Positions 21,842 through 25,534 of a stretch of DNA of 25,534 nucleotides are shown piece by piece. Position 1 is the stretch's first letter. The number at the start of each line of letters is the position of its first letter. Origin of the DNA: Rozella allomycis CSF55 (Eukaryota); the NCBI GenBank assembly GCA_000442015.1, contig KE561054.1, forward strand, positions 124,001-149,534, written 5' to 3'. Both the position numbers and the translations under genes were made by a program. Under the pieces are notes generated by a model that saw nothing but the letters and a program-made list of their open reading frames with translations, made no database searches and had not been told where the DNA came from.

Positions 21842-22949
21842 CTATTCTTCATCGCTTTCTATGCATACTTTACTACTCATCATATGACTTAATTCGGAAT
21901 GAACTTTTTCTTTTTCTTTGATCTCTTTCAGCTTATTCGCAGGTTTAATGTCAATATCAATAACTTTACATTGGTAACGTAATTGGTCTTTAGAGCTGAT
22001 CTGGATTCGTCCATGATTGGTTTCTGCTTGCTTGGATAATAGAGTAACCTCTTCTCGGCAAATATTTTCAAAGATATCTGGACTGGGGAATTCTAAAGTG
22101 CAGAAAAGGGACAAATCATTTAGTGTTGACGCTACCAAATTGTCTTCCAGTGATTCTGAGTTTGCCAAATTCTTCTGTGATAGTTTTAATTTTTGAAGGA
22201 CTCCCTCACCTGCTAAAATCATAGCCATACACCAAATGACATTATCAATTTCTCTTTGACATGCATTCAAATTAGGAACTTTTTGGCCACCCACAAAGAT
22301 TTTAACGTGGTTATGATTGCTATCTACCATTTGTTTCAATGTAAAGAAAATTCTTTCCTTCTTTCTTGAAAATAATCCCAGAGAGCAGCATTGCCAAGAT
22401 TTTCGTTTCTTTCGAAAATTGGAAGTACAATTACGACAAATATTTGGATATATGGATGCTATTTTAATGCCCCATTTCGGCTATACTCATCAAGTACATT
22501 TTATACCTTTATCTCAATAGAAACGGTCCGTAAGGTCTCCAATTCATGGTGATTCAACAATGATATATTGTTAATTAGAAGACCATGAATCTTTGAGTCT
22601 TTTGATATAGTGTTGCACATGCTCTTGACTGAATGATCGCGAAAATGAACTTCATCGTGGGCGCTCAATAGATCAAGAAACTCCTTACCACTGAAAACAA
22701 ACGGGCTCTAGTTTAAACGAAATTTATCGATCTACCTGAGGACTGTAGTACTCTGTTCCAATATATTTACAAACTATTTCCTTAGATTTTTCAATATCTG
22801 ATCGCCGTAAAGTCTTTGAAACACGAAGTAGAGTGTTTTTCTATGAAAATAAAGATTATCGGTATTACGTATTTAATATTCTTTCCGGTGTACTTAAAAA
22901 TGATATTGGCTCCACCCTCAGCATAAAGTTTCCATTCCGCGTGTAACAT
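21842..22949 (-). CDS. IPK1: Inositol-pentakisphosphate 2-kinase
   Basis: Motifs W.LYAEGGANIIF, VSIEIKPKWG, CRNC, STLNDLSL and VIDIDIKP..KL. Introns 22841-22868, 22708-22735, 22481-22506. Confidence 0.85.
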
Positions 22950-23172
22950 TTTGCGGTTTGCCGTTTTGCACTTTTCATTTTTTGGTATAGTCAAATAAAT
23001 TAGAACTCTGGTGACCGAATCCAATTTGTAGTTTTAACAATTTACTAATTTCAGCGTTATTTCGTTATAACTTCAACTCCCAAGTATGCACTTCGTATAC
23101 TCTCGTTAAACTTCTATACATTAATAATAAAAATAATTATCAGTAAATTTGGATTTAATATTAAATTTGTTT

Positions 23173-23978
23173 ATGCTTCCAACTTATCAGGAAACTGCCA
23201 CCACTAATTCTACATCTAGGCCTCATGCTATTTCCAGATATTTATTGAGACCATCATTACATGAAACAGATTCAATTAAGCTGAGAAAAAAAGCAATTTG
23301 TTGTGACTCATGTGTTCAACATTCCTGTTTCTGTTGCTGCCGTTCAGGCGAGCATTGTCTGTTCAGTTCAATGTTTGGATTCCTAGTATTAATATTAATA
23401 AGCACTTTGCTAATAATATATTTCCCCAAGCCATTGTCAATATCTATTGAATCAGTAAAATCAGTTGGACAGTCATCTATCCTAATTGATCCATTAACTC
23501 TATATAGCGATTGGAGTGTCAATTGCATGGCAGAAAATACTAATTCTTACTCGATGTACATTAAGAGTGCATTGTTCGAGGTATTCTACTAGTTTAGTTA
23601 ACTTTAGGTATATCATTCACTTGATCCGTCCACAAGCAAGTTGGGTGAAGGTGTTATCTCTGATTTCAAAGTGGATTCTGAATCAAGTAGCCAAGCTAAC
23701 ATATTCTTTAAGCTTCGTTACGTTTCATTATCCAAGGATGGAAATGATCCTGTGTTTCTGGATCTATTGGACAAATGCTACAATCAAAAGGGTATTCTAA
23801 ATGTAATTATTAAAACAACGTAAGCATTTGCAAGCTTTATTTTAGATCTGAATTTATTCTGTGGAATACATTTAACCTTAAATATCAATTTTCGTTCCCC
23901 GCCAATTTTGAATGTCCAACCATGATTGGGATCAACGTGCCACAGCCAGTACAGAAAACAATATCTCAGAAAAGGTGA
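23173..23978 (+). CDS. Single-pass membrane protein, LEA_2/TMEM106-like
   Basis: Cys-rich juxtamembrane segment, one TM ending in FPKP, then beta-rich ENTNSYSMYI (N.N motif). Introns 23581-23607 and 23820-23845. Confidence 0.65.
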
Positions 23979-24030
23979 ATTTTATCAAAATAAATTTTTT
24001 TCCATTTATTAACAAAATGTGATTCGTCAG

Positions 24031-24693
24031 TTACAAATTTACCTTAAAACTATTTAAGGGTTTAGCCAATTTAGGATCGGTTTTAATATTCTCTGGAATT
24101 CTACAAACAAACTCTTTATCTAATGTAAAGGAATATGAATCCTTTATCCATTTTAGTGGTGAGAGGAATGAAAGCGTGGTGTTAATGTTAAAATGTACAG
24201 TTTTGGATTTTGAGCATGCTATCAGCAATTCGTCTACCAATTGTTTGTGCTCAAATTCTTGTGAGTAAAACAATTGCATTCGGCAATCCATATTTATCTT
24301 TTCACTACTTCTTCGTTTAAAACGTGGCGATTTTGTCATGCAATAGCCTAAAGGGAGTATTTTATAATTAACCTAATCGATAAAATGAATATTTTTTACG
24401 TCAAGTTGCATTTCTTTTAATTCTACATCTACTTCATAAGGACTTTCAGCAATTAAATTCAATGAAGCCTCTGCCGTGATGTTAAAACGAAAATTTGGTT
24501 TTTTTGTTACAAGTTCATGAATAATATAATTTTGAAATTTAACATGGCCGATTTTTACTTTTGGGATTTGAAAGTTGAATAACGACAAGAAAGCCAACGA
24601 AAATCCTATGATCAGCAAGCCAAAAACACCGAAAATGAAAAACAAAATGGTAGACACTCCACAAAGAGGTCGCTTTTTCCCCACTTTGGACAT
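24031..24693 (-). CDS. Single-pass membrane protein, LEA_2-like
   Basis: Basic N-terminus, TM, FQIPKVKI, then beta-rich domain. Intron 24373-24399 joins the two ORFs (MQLD|VNYKILPLGYC). Confidence 0.6.
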
Positions 24694-24723
24694 GCCAGCC
24701 ACAATTTTGAAGGCATTTATTTT

Positions 24724-25534
24724 ATGGACAGAAGCCAGCAAGTTCTCCTAAATGTATAACATTTTATTAATGTAAATATAGCAAGTAGATAAATGGCTTC
24801 ATGAAAATAACATTTTGCTGAATGTCAGCTGCCTTGAAGAAGCCAATGAACTGTACCGGTTTTCAAAGATTAACCACTTTGCAGAGGAAAAATCAAAAAT
24901 GGCTATTGAATTCTACGATATTCTATCCCGATCTTTAGAACACCAAAGTACATGTGTTAAATGATTGTGTGACCAGAACATTTGGATTCTCAAATTCTCG
25001 ATAGTCTACCATTAGAAAGATTTTTAACGGCCAAGGCGGATAAAATTTTGCATATTCTTATTGATATTTCTGTGTCATTGCAGTTGGAAGAACTGGAACT
25101 TAATGACATGATTATTGGCATAACAAAACTAATCAACGAGGAGTCACGATTGCGAAAAATTTGTGATGAACAAAAAATTATGCGGATGGATGTCAAAGAA
25201 ATTGCTGAAAAAAGAATGCAATCCTCAAAAAATAAACAGTACAGTAAAACATTGATTAATAATGATATACTGCCCAAATGAGCGAAAATACATCCAAAGA
25301 GATTCAGAAGTCTTTAGAATGGACTCACTGGAATTCCATAATGAATGCAAAGAGAGAAGAATACAAAAACAGACTACAAGAACTCTCTACTATATACAAT
25401 GGCTCAGATGTTGAGGAACAAGAGCTACGATATCCCTTGATGCAAAGATTAGTTCATAATTTTGAAAATTTCGAGAAAATGCACCGAGAAAAACAGTCAG
25501 AGCTTATGGCGGTTAAAGACCTTCCCCCGGTAAA
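24724..25534 (+). CDS. HAUS1-like augmin subunit, 3'-truncated by the window edge
   Basis: QVDKWL near the N-terminus, FLTAKADKILHILIDISVSL, AKREEYKNRL and terminal DLPP follow the order of HAUS1 motifs recalled from memory. Introns 24754-24781 and 24948-24976, plus a third near 25244-25272. Confidence 0.6.

Noticed and set aside
168-25277. Many ORF-track entries, e.g. 168-377, 1497-1727, 4462-4725, 6682-6987, 8415-8912, 9764-10315, 15398-15730, 17636-17977, 24990-25277
   Set aside because: They are antisense or off-frame shadows of well-supported genes and have no recognisable motifs.
1-25534. CRISPR arrays, transposons, prokaryotic operons or long tandem repeats
   Set aside because: None seen. 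The sequence is intron-containing eukaryotic DNA almost fully accounted for by genes.

Overview
AT-rich, extremely compact eukaryotic DNA with about 23 protein genes and one tRNA-Ala(TGC) in 25.5 kb. The gene set and the tiny 26-32 nt introns suggest an early-diverging fungus such as Rozella/Cryptomycota (my inference, no search run). Genes read by manual splicing: an MDR-family oxidoreductase, DHHC palmitoyltransferase, OLA1/YchF, an Rrn10-like gene, RPL14, Slx9-like, an importin-like helical protein, an ETR1-type ethylene-receptor-like hybrid histidine kinase, F-box-like/ankyrin protein, CCHC zinc-knuckle protein, SPT7, GST-kappa, adrenodoxin reductase, EAF6, BUD32, RPC17, an RA-PH protein, IPK1, two LEA_2-like membrane proteins and HAUS1-like. 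The most striking signal is splicing. About 50 introns are ordinary GT-AG, but five introns of the same size appear to end in TG (GT-TG). Two of these are required to rebuild conserved OLA1 motifs, including the P-loop. Nearer AGs are repeatedly skipped, which suggests the spliceosome chooses the 3' site largely by distance from the donor. All gene models are hand-built and need RNA-seq confirmation.
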